From positions 19,654,001 to 19,718,000 of the forward strand of contig OZ059897.1 in the NCBI GenBank assembly GCA_964057225.1: a stretch of 64,000 bases of DNA. Direction: 5' to 3'. The position numbers and the translations under genes were made by a program. Position 1 is the stretch's first letter. Each line of letters starts with the position of its first letter. This document shows, one piece after another, positions 1-12,100 of this stretch. The DNA is from Auanema rhodensis (Eukaryota > Animalia > Nematoda). Under the pieces are notes generated by a model, which was given only the letters and a program-made list of their open reading frames with translations, ran no database searches and had not been told where the DNA came from.

Positions 1-76
1 GAATGCACTATACTACATTGAGAAAAGCTTAATACAAAAATTAGTTATGATCGTTTGAAAAATGATGCATTAGTGT

Positions 77-104
77 ATGTTGAGTTTCCATGTACACTCA
101 ACAT
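77..104. other. Inverted repeat IR1, present in every monomer (9-bp perfect stem, 10-nt loop)
   Basis: ATGTTGAGT (77-85) / ACTCAACAT (96-104), loop TTCCATGTAC. Confidence 0.9.
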
Positions 105-128
105 TGCTTCCAAAAACATTTTGACAAA

Positions 129-146
129 AATTTTTTCGAAAAATTT
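129..146. other. Quasi-palindrome IR2 centred on TTCGAA
   Basis: AATTTTTTCGAAAAATTT is an 18-bp dyad with one T/T mismatch (pos 131/144), flanked by TTTTGA...TCAAAA. Confidence 0.8.
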
Positions 147-254
147 CAAAATAATTTAGCAAAAAGTAGATGTTTTTAGATTCCATTTTTCAAGGCAAAG
201 ACGATGGACAATGTTATTCAACGAAAAAATTAATTCTTCAGGGTGAAAATCGAG

Positions 255-276
255 GATATAAGTGTGAACTTATATC
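255..276. other. Inverted repeat IR3 (9-bp perfect stem, 4-nt loop), overlapped by a second dyad at 272-285
   Basis: GATATAAGT (255-263) GTGA ACTTATATC (268-276); ATATCA-GT-TGATAT (272-285). Confidence 0.9.
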
Positions 277-293
277 AGTTGATATCTCGGTGC

Positions 294-344
294 ATTTTTA
301 AGCTAGCGCAAATCTGATAACACAGATCGACGCAGCTTAAAAAT
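294..344. other. Long imperfect inverted repeat IR4 (core 294-344; extends to pos 287-353 in consensus monomers)
   Basis: ATTTTTAAGCT (294-304) / AGCTTAAAAAT (334-344); GCG/CGC; ATCTG (312-316) / CAGAT (323-327) with loop ATAACA. The outer pair TCGGTGC / GCATCGA (one G.T) is seen in e.g. 989-1055. Confidence 0.9.
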
Positions 345-2808
345 CCGGATCGAATGCACTATACTACATTGAAGAACGCTTAATACAAAAATTAGTTATG
401 ATCGTTTGAAAAATGATGCATTAGTGTATGTTGAGTTTCCATGTACACTCAACATTGCTTCCAAAAACATTTTGACAAAAATTTTTTCGAAAAATTTCAA
501 AATAATTTAGCAAAAAGTAGATGTTTTTAGATTCCTTTTTTCAAGGCAAAGACGATGGACAATGTTATTCAACGAAAAAATTAATTCTTCAGGGTGAAAA
601 TCGAGGATATAAGTGTGAACTTATATCAGTTGATATCTCGGTGCATTTTTAAGCTAGCGCAAATCTGATAACACAGATCGACGCAACTTAAAAATCCGCA
701 TCGAATGCACTATACTACATTGAAGAACGCTTAATACAAAAATTAGTTATGATCGTTTGAAAAATGATGCATTAGTGTATGTTGAGTTTCCATGTACACT
801 CAACATTGCTTCCAAAAACATTTTGACAAAAATTTTTTCGAAAAATTTCAAAATAATTTAGCAAAAAGTAGATGTTTTTAGATTCCATTTTTCAAGGCAA
901 AGACGATAGACAATGTTATTCAACGAAAAAATTAATTCTTCAGGGTGAAAATCGAGGATATAAGTGTGAACTTATATCAGTTGATATCTCGGTGCATTTT
1001 TAAGCTAGCGCAAATCTGATAACACAGATCGACGCAGCTTAAAAATCCGCATCGAATGCACTATACTACATTGAGAAACGCTTAATACAAAAATTAGTTA
1101 TGATCGTTTGAAAAATGATGCATTAGTGTATGTTGAGTTTCCATGTACACTCAACATTGCTTCCAAAAACATTTTGACAAAAATTTTTTCGAAAAATTTC
1201 AAAATAATTTAGCAAAAAGTAGATGTTTTTAGATTCCTTTTTTCAAGGCAAAGACGATGGACAATGTTATTCAACGAAAAAATTAATTCTTCAGGGTGAA
1301 AATCGAGGATATAAGTGTGAACTTATATCAGTTGATATCTCGGTGCATTTTTAAGCTAGCGCAAATCTGATAACACAGATCGACGCAGCTTAAAAATCCG
1401 GATCGAATGCACTATACTACATTGAAGAACGCTTAATACAAAAATTAGTTATGATCGTTTGAAAAATGATGCATTAGTGTATGTTGAGTTTCCATGTACA
1501 CTCAACATTGCTTCCAAAAACATTTTGACAAAAATTTTTTCGAAAAATTTCAAAATAATTTAGCAAAAAGTAGATGTTTTTAGATTCCTTTTTTCAAGGC
1601 AAAGACGATGGACAATGTTATTCAACGAAAAAATTAATTCTTCAGGGTGAAAATCGAGGATATAAGTGTGAACTTATATCAGTTGATATCTCGGTGCATT
1701 TTTAAGCTAGCGCAAATCTGATAACACAGATCGACGCAGCTTAAAAATCCGCATCGAATGCACTATACTACATTGAGAAAAGCTTAATACAAAAATTAGT
1801 TATGATCGTTTGAAAAATGATGCATTAGTGTATGTTGAGTTTCCATGTACACTCAACATTGCTTCCAAAAACATTTTGACAAAAATTTTTTCGAAAAATT
1901 TCAAAATAATTTAGCAAAAAGTAGATGTTTTTAGATTCCATTTTTCAAGGCAAAGACGATGGACAATGTTATTCAACGAAAAAATTAATTCTTCAGGGTG
2001 AAAATCGAGGATATAAGTGTGAACTTATATCAGTTGATATCTCGGTGCATTTTTAAGCTAGCGCAAATCTGATAACACAGATCGACGCAGCTTAAAAATC
2101 CGGATCGAATGCACTATACTACATTGAAGAACGCTTAATACAAAAATTAGTTATGATCGTTTGAAAAATGATGCATTAGTGTATGTTGAGTTTCCATGTA
2201 CACTCAACATTGCTTCCAAAAACATTTTGACAAAAATTTTTTCGAAAAATTTCAAAATAATTTAGCAAAAAGTAGATGTTTTTAGATTCCTTTTTTCAAG
2301 GCAAAGACGATGGACAATGTTATTCAACGAAAAAATTAATTCTTCAGGGTGAAAATCGAGGATATAAGTGTGAACTTATATCAGTTGATATCTCGGTGCA
2401 TTTTTAAGCTAGCGCAAATCTGATAACACAGATCGACGCAACTTAAAAATCCGCATCGAATGCACTATACTACATTGAAGAACGCTTAATACAAAAATTA
2501 GTTATGATCGTTTGAAAAATGATGCATTAGTGTATGTTGAGTTTCCATGTACACTCAACATTGCTTCCAAAAACATTTTGACAAAAATTTTTTCGAAAAA
2601 TTTCAAAATAATTTAGCAAAAAGTAGATGTTTTTAGATTCCATTTTTCAAGGCAAAGACGATAGACAATGTTATTCAACGAAAAAATTAATTCTTCAGGG
2701 TGAAAATCGAGGATATAAGTGTGAACTTATATCAGTTGATATCTCGGTGCATTTTTAAGCTAGCGCAAATCTGATAACACAGATCGACGCAGCTTAAAAA
2801 TCCGCATC

Positions 2809-5800
2809 GAATGCACTATACTACATTGAGAAACGCTTAATACAAAAATTAGTTATGATCGTTTGAAAAATGATGCATTAGTGTATGTTGAGTTTCCATG
2901 TACACTCAACATTGCTTCCAAAAACATTTTGACAAAAATTTTTTCGAAAAATTTCAAAATAATTTAGCAAAAAGTAGATGTTTTTAGATTCCTTTTTTCA
3001 AGGCAAAGACGATGGACAATGTTATTCAACGAAAAAATTAATTCTTCAGGGTGAAAATCGGGTATATATGTGTGAACTTATATCAGTTGATATCTCGGTG
3101 CATTTTTAAGCTAGCGCAAATCTGATAACACAGATCGACGCAGCTTGAAAATCCGCATCGAATGCACTATACTACATTGAGAAACGCTTAATACAAAAAT
3201 TAGTTATGATCGTTTGAAAAATGATGCATTAGTGTATGTTGAGTTTCCATGTACACTCAACATTGCTTCCAAAAACATTTTGACAAAAATTTTTTCGAAA
3301 AATTTCAAAATAATTTAGCAAAAAGTAGATGTTTTTAGATTCCTTTTTTCAAGGCAAAGACGATGGACAATGTTATTCAACGAAAAAATTAATTCTTCAG
3401 GGTGAAAATCGGGTATATATGTGTGAACTTATATCAGTTGATATCTCGGTGCATTTTCAAGCTAGCGCAAATCTGATAACACAGATCGACGCAGCTTGAA
3501 AATCCGCATCGAATGCACTATACTACATTGAGAAACGCTTAATACAAAAATTAGTTATGATCGTTTGAAAAATGATGCATTAGTGTATGTTGAGTTTCCA
3601 TGTACACTCAACATTGCTTCCAAAAACATTTTGACAAAAATTTTTTCGAAAAATTTCAAAATAATTTAGCAAAAAGTAGATGTTTTTAGATTCCATTTCT
3701 CAAGGAAAAGACGATAGACAATGTTATTCAACGAAAAAATTAATTCTTCAGGGTGAAAATCGAGGATATAAGTGTGAACTTATATCAGTTGATATCTCGG
3801 TGCATTTTTAAGCTAGCGCAAATCTGATAACACAGATCGACGCAGCTTAAAAATCCGCATCGAATGCACTATACTACATTGAGAAACGCTTAATACAAAA
3901 ATTAGTTATGATCGTTTGAAAAATGATGCATTAGTGTATGTTGAGTTTCCATGTACACTCAACATTGCTTCCAAAAACATTTTGACAAAAATTTTTTCGA
4001 AAAATTTCAAAATAATTTAGCAAAAAGTAGATGTTTTTAGATTCCTTTTTTCAAGGCAAAGACGATGGACAATGTTATTCAACGAAAAAATTAATTCTTC
4101 AGGGTGAAAATCGGGTATATATGTGTGAACTTATATCAGTTGATATCTCGGTGCATTTTTAAGCTAGCGCAAATCTGATAACACAGATCGACGCAGCTTG
4201 AAAATCCGCATCGAATGCACTATACTACATTGAGAAACGCTTAATACAAAAATTAGTTATGATCGTTTGAAAAATGATGCATTAGTGTATGTTGAGTTTC
4301 CATGTACACTCAACATTGCTTCCAAAAACATTTTGACAAAAATTTTTTCGAAAAATTTCAAAATAATTTAGCAAAAAGTAGATGTTTTTAGATTCCTTTT
4401 TTCAAGGCAAAGACGATGGACAATGTTATTCAACGAAAAAATTAATTCTTCAGGGTGAAAATCGGGTATATATGTGTGAACTTATATCAGTTGATATCTC
4501 GGTGCATTTTTAAGCTAGCGCAAATCTGATAACACAGATCGACGCAGCTTGAAAATCCGCATCGAATGCACTATACTACATTGAGAAACGCTTAATACAA
4601 AAATTAGTTATGATCGTTTGAAAAATGATGCATTAGTGTATGTTGAGTTTCCATGTACACTCAACATTGCTTCCAAAAACATTTTGACAAAAATTTTTTC
4701 GAGAAATTTCAAAATAATTTAGCAAAAAGTAGATGTTTTTAGATTCCTTTTTTCAAGGCAAAGACGATGGACAATGTTATTCAACGAAAAAATTAATTCT
4801 TCAGGGTGAAAATCGGGTATATATGTGTGAACTTATATCAGTTGATATCTCGGTGCATTTTTAAGCTAGCGCAAATCTGATAACACAGATCGACGCAGCT
4901 TGAAAATCCGCATCGAATGCACTATACTACATTGAGAAACGCTTAATACAAAAATTAGTTATGATCGTTTGAAAAATGATGCATTAGTGTATGTTGAGTT
5001 TCCATGTACACTCAACATTGCTTCCAAAAACATTTTGACAAAAATTTTTTCGAAAAATTTCAAAATAATTTAGCAAAAAGTAGATGTTTTTAGATTCCTT
5101 TTTTCAAGGCAAAGACGATGGACAATGTTATTCAACGAAAAAATTAATTCTTCAGGGTGAAAATCGGGTATATATGTGTGAACTTATATCAGTTGATATC
5201 TCGGTGCATTTTTAAGCTAGCGCAAATCTGATAACACAGATCGACGCAGCTTGAAAATCCGCATCGAATGCACTATACTACATTGAGAAACGCTTAATAC
5301 AAAAATTAGTTATGATCGTTTGAAAAATGATGCATTAGTGTATGTTGAGTTTCCATGTACACTCAACATTGCTTCCAAAAACATTTTGACAAAAATTTTT
5401 TCGAAAAATTTCAAAATAATTTAGCAAAAAGTAGATGTTTTTAGATTCCATTTCTCAAGGAAAAGACGATAGACAATGTTATTCAACGAAAAAATTAATT
5501 CTTCAGGGTGAAAATCGAGGATATAAGTGTGAACTTATATCAGTTGATATCTCGGTGCATTTTTAAGCTAGCGCAAATCTGATAACACAGATCGACGCAG
5601 CTTAAAAATCCGCATCGAATGCACTATACTACATTGAGAAACGCTTAATACAAAAATTAGTTATGATCGTTTGAAAAATGATGCATTAGTGTATGTTGAG
5701 TTTCCATGTACACTCAACATTGCTTCCAAAAACATTTTGACAAAAATTTTTTCGAAAAATTTCAAAATAATTTAGCAAAAAGTAGATGTTTTTAGATTCC

Positions 5801-8800
5801 TTTTTTCAAGGCAAAGACGATGGACAATGTTATTCAACGAAAAAATTATTTCTTCAGGGTGAAAATCGAGGATATAAGTGTGAACTTATATCAGTTGATA
5901 TCTCGGTGCATTTTTAAGCTAGCGCAAATCTGATAACACAGATCGACGCAGCTTAAAAATCCGCATCGAATGCACTATACTACATTGAGAAACGCTTAAT
6001 ACAAAAATTAGTTATGATCGTTTGAAAAATGATGCATTAGTGTATGTTGAGTTTCCATGTACACTCAACATTGCTTCCAAAAACATTTTGACAAAAATTT
6101 TTTCGAAAAATTTCAAAATAATTTAGCAAAAAGTAGATGTTTTTAGATTCCTTTTTTCAAGGCAAAGACGATGGACAATGTTATTCAACGAAAAAATTAA
6201 TTCTTCAGGGTGAAAATCGGGTATATATGTGTGAACTTATATCAGTTGATATCTCGGTGCATTTTTAAGCTAGCGCAAATCTGATAACACAGATCGACGC
6301 AGCTTGAAAATCCGCATCGAATGCACTATACTACATTGAGAAACGCTTAATACAAAAATTAGTTATGATCGTTTGAAAAATGATGCATTAGTGTATGTTG
6401 AGTTTCCATGTACACTCAACATTGCTTCCAAAAACATTTTGACAAAAATTTTTTCGAAAAATTTCAAAATAATTTAGCAAAAAGTAGATGTTTTTAGATT
6501 CCTTTTTTCAAGGCAAAGACGATGGACAATGTTATTCAACGAAAAAATTAATTCTTCAGGGTGAAAATCGGGTATATATGTGTGAACTTATATCAGTTGA
6601 TATCTCGGTGCATTTTTAAGCTAGCGCAAATCTGATAACACAGATCGACGCAGCTTGAAAATCCGCATCGAATGCACTATACTACATTGAGAAACGCTTA
6701 ATACAAAAATTAGTTATGATCGTTTGAAAAATGATGCATTAGTGTATGTTGAGTTTCCATGTACACTCAACATTGCTTCCAAAAACATTTTGACAAAAAT
6801 TTTTTCGAAAAATTTCAAAATAATTTAGCAAAAAGTAGATGTTTTTAGATTCCATTTCTCAAGGAAAAGACGATAGACAATGTTATTCAACGAAAAAATT
6901 AATTCTTCAGGGTGAAAATCGAGGATATAAGTGTGAACTTATATCAGTTGATATCTCGGTGCATTTTTAAGCTAGCGCAAATCTGATAACACAGATCGAC
7001 GCAGCTTAAAAATCCGCATCGAATGCACTATACTACATTGAGAAACGCTTAATACAAAAATTAGTTATGATCGTTTGAAAAATGATGCATTAGTGTATGT
7101 TGAGTTTCCATGTACACTCAACATTGCTTCCAAAAACATTTTGACAAAAATTTTTTCGAAAAATTTCAAAATAATTTAGCAAAAAGTAGATGTTTTTAGA
7201 TTCCTTTTTTCAAGGCAAAGACGATGGACAATGTTATTCAACGAAAAAATTAATTCTTCAGGGTGAAAATCGGGTATATATGTGTGAACTTATATCAGTT
7301 GATATCTCGGTGCATTTTTAAGCTAGCGCAAATCTGATAACACAGATCGACGCAGCTTGAAAATCCGCATCGAATGCACTATACTACATTGAGAAACGCT
7401 TAATACAAAAATTAGTTATGATCGTTTGAAAAATGATGCATTAGTGTATGTTGAGTTTCCATGTACACTCAACATTGCTTCCAAAAACATTTTGACAAAA
7501 ATTTTTTCGAAAAATTTCAAAATAATTTAGCAAAAAGTAGATGTTTTTAGATTCCTTTTTTCAAGGCAAAGACGATGGACAATGTTATTCAACGAAAAAA
7601 TTAATTCTTCAGGGTGAAAATCGGGTATATATGTGTGAACTTATATCAGTTGATATCTCGGTGCATTTTTAAGCTAGCGCAAATCTGATAACACAGATCG
7701 ACGCAGCTTGAAAATCCGCATCGAATGCACTATACTACATTGAGAAACGCTTAATACAAAAATTAGTTATGATCGTTTGAAAAATGATGCATTAGTGTAT
7801 GTTGAGTTTCCATGTACACTCAACATTGCTTCCAAAAACATTTTGACAAAAATTTTTTCGAAAAATTTCAAAATAATTTAGCAAAAAGTAGATGTTTTTA
7901 GATTCCTTTTTTCAAGGCAAAGACGATGGACAATGTTATTCAACGAAAAAATTAATTCTTCAGGGTGAAAATCGGGTATATATGTGTGAACTTATATCAG
8001 TTGATATCTCGGTGCATTTTTAAGCTAGCGCAAATCTGATAACACAGATCGACGCAGCTTGAAAATCCGCATCGAATGCACTATACTACATTGAGAAACG
8101 CTTAATACAAAAATTAGTTATGATCGTTTGAAAAATGATGCATTAGTGTATGTTGAGTTTCCATGTACACTCAACATTGCTTCCAAAAACATTTTGACAA
8201 AAATTTTTTCGAAAAATTTCAAAATAATTTAGCAAAAAGTAGATGTTTTTAGATTCCTTTTTTCAAGGCAAAGACGATGGACAATGTTATTCAACGAAAA
8301 AATTAATTCTTCAGGGTGAAAATCGGGTATATATGTGTGAACTTATATCAGTTGATATCTCGGTGCATTTTTAAGCTAGCGCAAATCTGATAACACAGAT
8401 CGACGCAGCTTGAAAATCCGCATCGAATGCACTATACTACATTGAGAAACGCTTAATACAAAAATTAGTTATGATCGTTTGAAAAATGATGCATTAGTGT
8501 ATGTTGAGTTTCCATGTACACTCAACATTGCTTCCAAAAACATTTTGACAAAAATTTTTTCGAAAAATTTCAAAATAATTTAGCAAAAAGTAGATGTTTT
8601 TAGATTCCATTTCTCAAGGAAAAGACGATAGACAATGTTATTCAACGAAAAAATTAATTCTTCAGGGTGAAAATCGAGGATATAAGTGTGAACTTATATC
8701 AGTTGATATCTCGGTGCATTTTTAAGCTAGCGCAAATCTGATAACACAGATCGACGCAGCTTAAAAATCCGCATCGAATGCACTATACTACATTGAGAAA

Positions 8801-9126
8801 CGCTTAATACAAAAATTAGTTATGATCGTTTGAAAAATGATGCATTAGTGTATGTTGAGTTTCCATGTACACTCAACATTGCTTCCAAAAACATTTTGAC
8901 AAAAATTTTTTCGAAAAATTTCAAAATAATTTAGCAAAAAGTAGATGTTTTTAGATTCCTTTTTTCAAGGCAAAGACGATGGACAATGTTATTCAACGAA
9001 AAAATTATTTCTTCAGGGTGAAAATCGAGGATATAAGTGTGAACTTATATCAGTTGATATCTCGGTGCATTTTTAAGCTAGCGCAAATCTGATAACACAG
9101 ATCGACGCAGCTTAAAAATCCGCATC
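2809..9126. repeat. 9-mer tandem duplication (3159-bp period)
   Basis: Monomer-type string B B C B B B B C D occurs at 2809-5967 and 5968-9126. B = CGGGTATATATG + CTTGAAA; C = CCATTTCTCAAGGAAAAG; D = AATTATTTC. Confidence 0.8.
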
Positions 9127-12100
9127 GAATGCACTATACTACATTGAGAAACGCTTAATACAAAAATTAGTTATGATCGTTTGAAAAATGATGCATTAGT
9201 GTATGTTGAGTTTCCATGTACACTCAACATTGCTTCCAAAAACATTTTGACAAAAATTTTTTCGAAAAATTTCAAAATAATTAAGCAAAAAGTAGATGTT
9301 TTTAGATTCCTTTTTTCAAGGCAAAGACGATGGACAATGTTATTCAACGAAAAAATTAATTCTTCAGGGTGAAAATCGGGTATATATGTGTGAACTTATA
9401 TCAGTTGATATCTCGGTGCATTTTTAAGCTAGCGCAAATCTGATAACACAGATCGACGCAGCTTGAAAATCCGCATCGAATGCACTATACTACATTGAGA
9501 AACGCTTAATACAAAAATTAGTTATGATCGTTTGAAAAATGATGCATTAGTGTATGTTGAGTTTCCATGTACACTCAACATTGCTTCCAAAAACATTTTG
9601 ACAAAACTTTTTTCGAAAAATTTCAAAATAATTTAGCAAAAAGTAGATGTTTTTAAATTCCATTTTTCAAGGCAAAGACGATGGACAATGTTATTCAACG
9701 AAAAAATTAATTCTTCAGGGTGAAAATCGAGGATATAAGTGTGAACTTATATCAGTTGATATCTCGGTGCATTTTTAAGCTAGCGCAAATCTGATAACAC
9801 AGATCGACGCAGCTTAAAAATCCGCATCGAATGCACTATACTACATTGAGAAACGCTTAATACAAAAATTAGTTATGATCGTTTGAAAAATGATGCATTA
9901 GTGTATGTTGAGTTTCCATGTACACTCAACATTGCTTCCAAAAACATTTTGACAAAAATTTTTTCGAAAAATTTCAAAATAATTTAGCAAAAAGTAGATG
10001 TTTTTAGATTCCATTTTTCAAGGCAAAGACGATAGACAATGTTATTCAACGAAAAAATTAATTCTTCAGGGTGAAAATCGAGGATATAAGTGTGAACTTA
10101 TATCAGTTGATATCTCGGTGCATTTTTAAGCTAGCGCAAATCTGATAACACAGATCGACGCAGCTTAAAAATCCGCATCGAATGCACTATACTACATTGA
10201 GAAACGCTTAATACAAAAATTAGTTATGATCGTTTGAAAAATGATGCATTAGTGTATGTTGAGTTTCCATGTACACTCAACATTGCTTCCAAAAACATTT
10301 TGACAAAAATTTTTTCGAAAAATTTCAAAATAATTTAGCAAAAAGTAGATGTTTTTAGATTCCTTTTTTCAAGGCAAAGACGATGGACAATGTTATTCAA
10401 CGAAAAAATTAATTCTTCAGGGTGAAAATCGGGTATATATGTGTGAACTTATATCAGTTGATATCTCGGTGCATTTTTAAGCTAGCGCAAATCTGATAAC
10501 ACAGATCGACGCAGCTTGAAAATCCGCATCGAATGCACTATACTACATTGAGAAACGCTTAATACAAAAATTAGTTATGATCGTTTGAAAAATGATGCAT
10601 TAGTGTATGTTGAGTTTCCATGTACACTCAACATTGCTTCCAAAAACATTTTGACAAAAATTTTTTCGAAAAATTTCAAAATAATTTAGCAAAAAGTAGA
10701 TGTTTTTAGATTCCTTTTTTCAAGGCAAAGACGATGGACAATGTTATTCAACGAAAAAATTAATTCTTCAGGGTGAAAATCGGGTATATATGTGTGAACT
10801 TATATCAGTTGATATCTCGGTGCATTTTTAAGCTAGCGCAAATCTGATAACACAGATCGACGCAGCTTGAAAATCCGCATCGAATGCACTATACTACATT
10901 GAGAAACGCTTAATACAAAAATTAGTTATGATCGTTTGAAAAATGATGCATTAGTGTATGTTGAGTTTCCATGTACACTCAACATTGCTTCCAAAAACAT
11001 TTTGACAAAAATTTTTTCGAAAAATTTCAAAATAATTTAGCAAAAAGTAGATGTTTTTAGATTCCTTTTTTCAAGGCAAAGACGATGGACAATGTTATTC
11101 AACGAAAAAATTAATTCTTCAGGGTGAAAATCGGGTATATATGTGTGAACTTATATCAGTTGATATCTCGGTGCATTTTTAAGCTAGCGCAAATCTGATA
11201 ACACAGATCGACGCAGCTTGAAAATCCGCATCGAATGCACTATACTACATTGAGAAACGCTTAATACAAAAATTAGTTATGATCGTTTGAAAAATGATGC
11301 ATTAGTGTATGTTGAGTTTCCATGTACACTCAACATTGCTTCCAAAAACATTTTGACAAAAATTTTTTCGAAAAATTTCAAAATAATTTAGCAAAAAGTA
11401 GATGTTTTTAGATTCCTTTTTTCAAGGCAAAGACGATGGACAATGTTATTCAACGAAAAAATTAATTCTTCAGGGTGAAAATCGGGTATATATGTGTGAA
11501 CTTATATCAGTTGATATCTCGGTGCATTTTTAAGCTAGCGCAAATCTGATAACACAGATCGACGCAGCTTGAAAATCCGCATCGAATGCACTATACTACA
11601 TTGAGAAACGCTTAATACAAAAATTAGTTATGATCGTTTGAAAAATGATGCATTAGTGTATGTTGAGTTTCCATGTACACTCAACATTGCTTCCAAAAAC
11701 ATTTTGACAAAAATTTTTTCGAAAAATTTCAAAATAATTTAGCAAAAAGTAGATGTTTTTAGATTCCATTTCTCAAGGAAAAGACGATAGACAATGTTAT
11801 TCAACGAAAAAATTAATTCTTCAGGGTGAAAATCGAGGATATAAGTGTGAACTTATATCAGTTGATATCTCGGTGCATTTTTAAGCTAGCGCAAATCTGA
11901 TAACACAGATCGACGCAGCTTGAAAATCCGCATCGAATGCACTATACTACATTGAGAAACGCTTAATACAAAAATTAGTTATGATCGTTTGAAAAATGAT
12001 GCATTAGTGTATGTTGAGTTTCCATGTACACTCAACATTGCTTCCAAAAACATTTTGACAAAAATTTTTTCGAAAAATTTCAAAATAATTTAGCAAAAAG

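Larger units (their letters stand above)
1..351 (+). repeat. Reference satellite monomer M1 (351 bp, ~31% GC, rich in A/T tracts)
   Basis: The unit runs from GAATGCAC to ...AAAATCCG(C/G)ATC and the next copy begins at 352. Hand count of the consensus gives 53 C and 57 G. Confidence 0.98.
1..2808. repeat. Local 5-mer higher-order repeat (1755-bp period), 1.6 copies visible
   Basis: The ordered variants GAAAAGCTT + CCGGAT, GAAGAAC + GCAACTT, GAAGAAC + GATAG in M1-M3 recur in M6-M8 (1756-2808). Confidence 0.85.

Noticed and set aside
210-226. CENP-B-box-like motif on the minus strand (TTTCGTTGAATAACATT)
   Set aside because: It matches the TTCG and A positions but lacks the essential CGGG half, so a chance partial match is likely.
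314-345. Satellite-encoded hammerhead ribozyme (CTGATAA followed by GAAA in B-type monomers), as known in newt, schistosome and cave-cricket satellites
   Set aside because: The core needs CUGANGA with a C3-G8 pair, but here position 8 is A. No stem II forms between the motifs, and GAAA is absent there in most copies. The minus strand gives only CTGATAT. An Infernal search with the Rfam hammerhead models would settle it.
1-351. 5S rRNA, tRNA, spliced-leader or snRNA tandem gene unit
   Set aside because: No cloverleaf, no recognisable 5S or SL sequence, and no convincing Pol III A/B/C boxes on either strand by eye. An Rfam cmscan was not run.
1-351. Assignment to a named satellite (Drosophila 1.688/359-bp family, or ~350-bp beetle satellites)
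   Set aside because: Only length and AT-richness agree. I see no similarity to the 359-bp consensus as I recall it and cannot verify the others without BLAST.
1-351. Monomer as a diverged dimer of ~175-bp subunits
   Set aside because: The two halves do not align by eye; only short motifs such as ATGCAYTA recur.
9181-9372. 63-aa ORF MKNDALVY... (identical copy at 12691-12882)
   Set aside because: It exists only because T157A turns TAG into AAG in M27 and its 10-mer duplicate M37. It starts at TTG, the frame is closed in the other ~180 copies, and the K/F/N/I-rich composition reflects A/T tracts.
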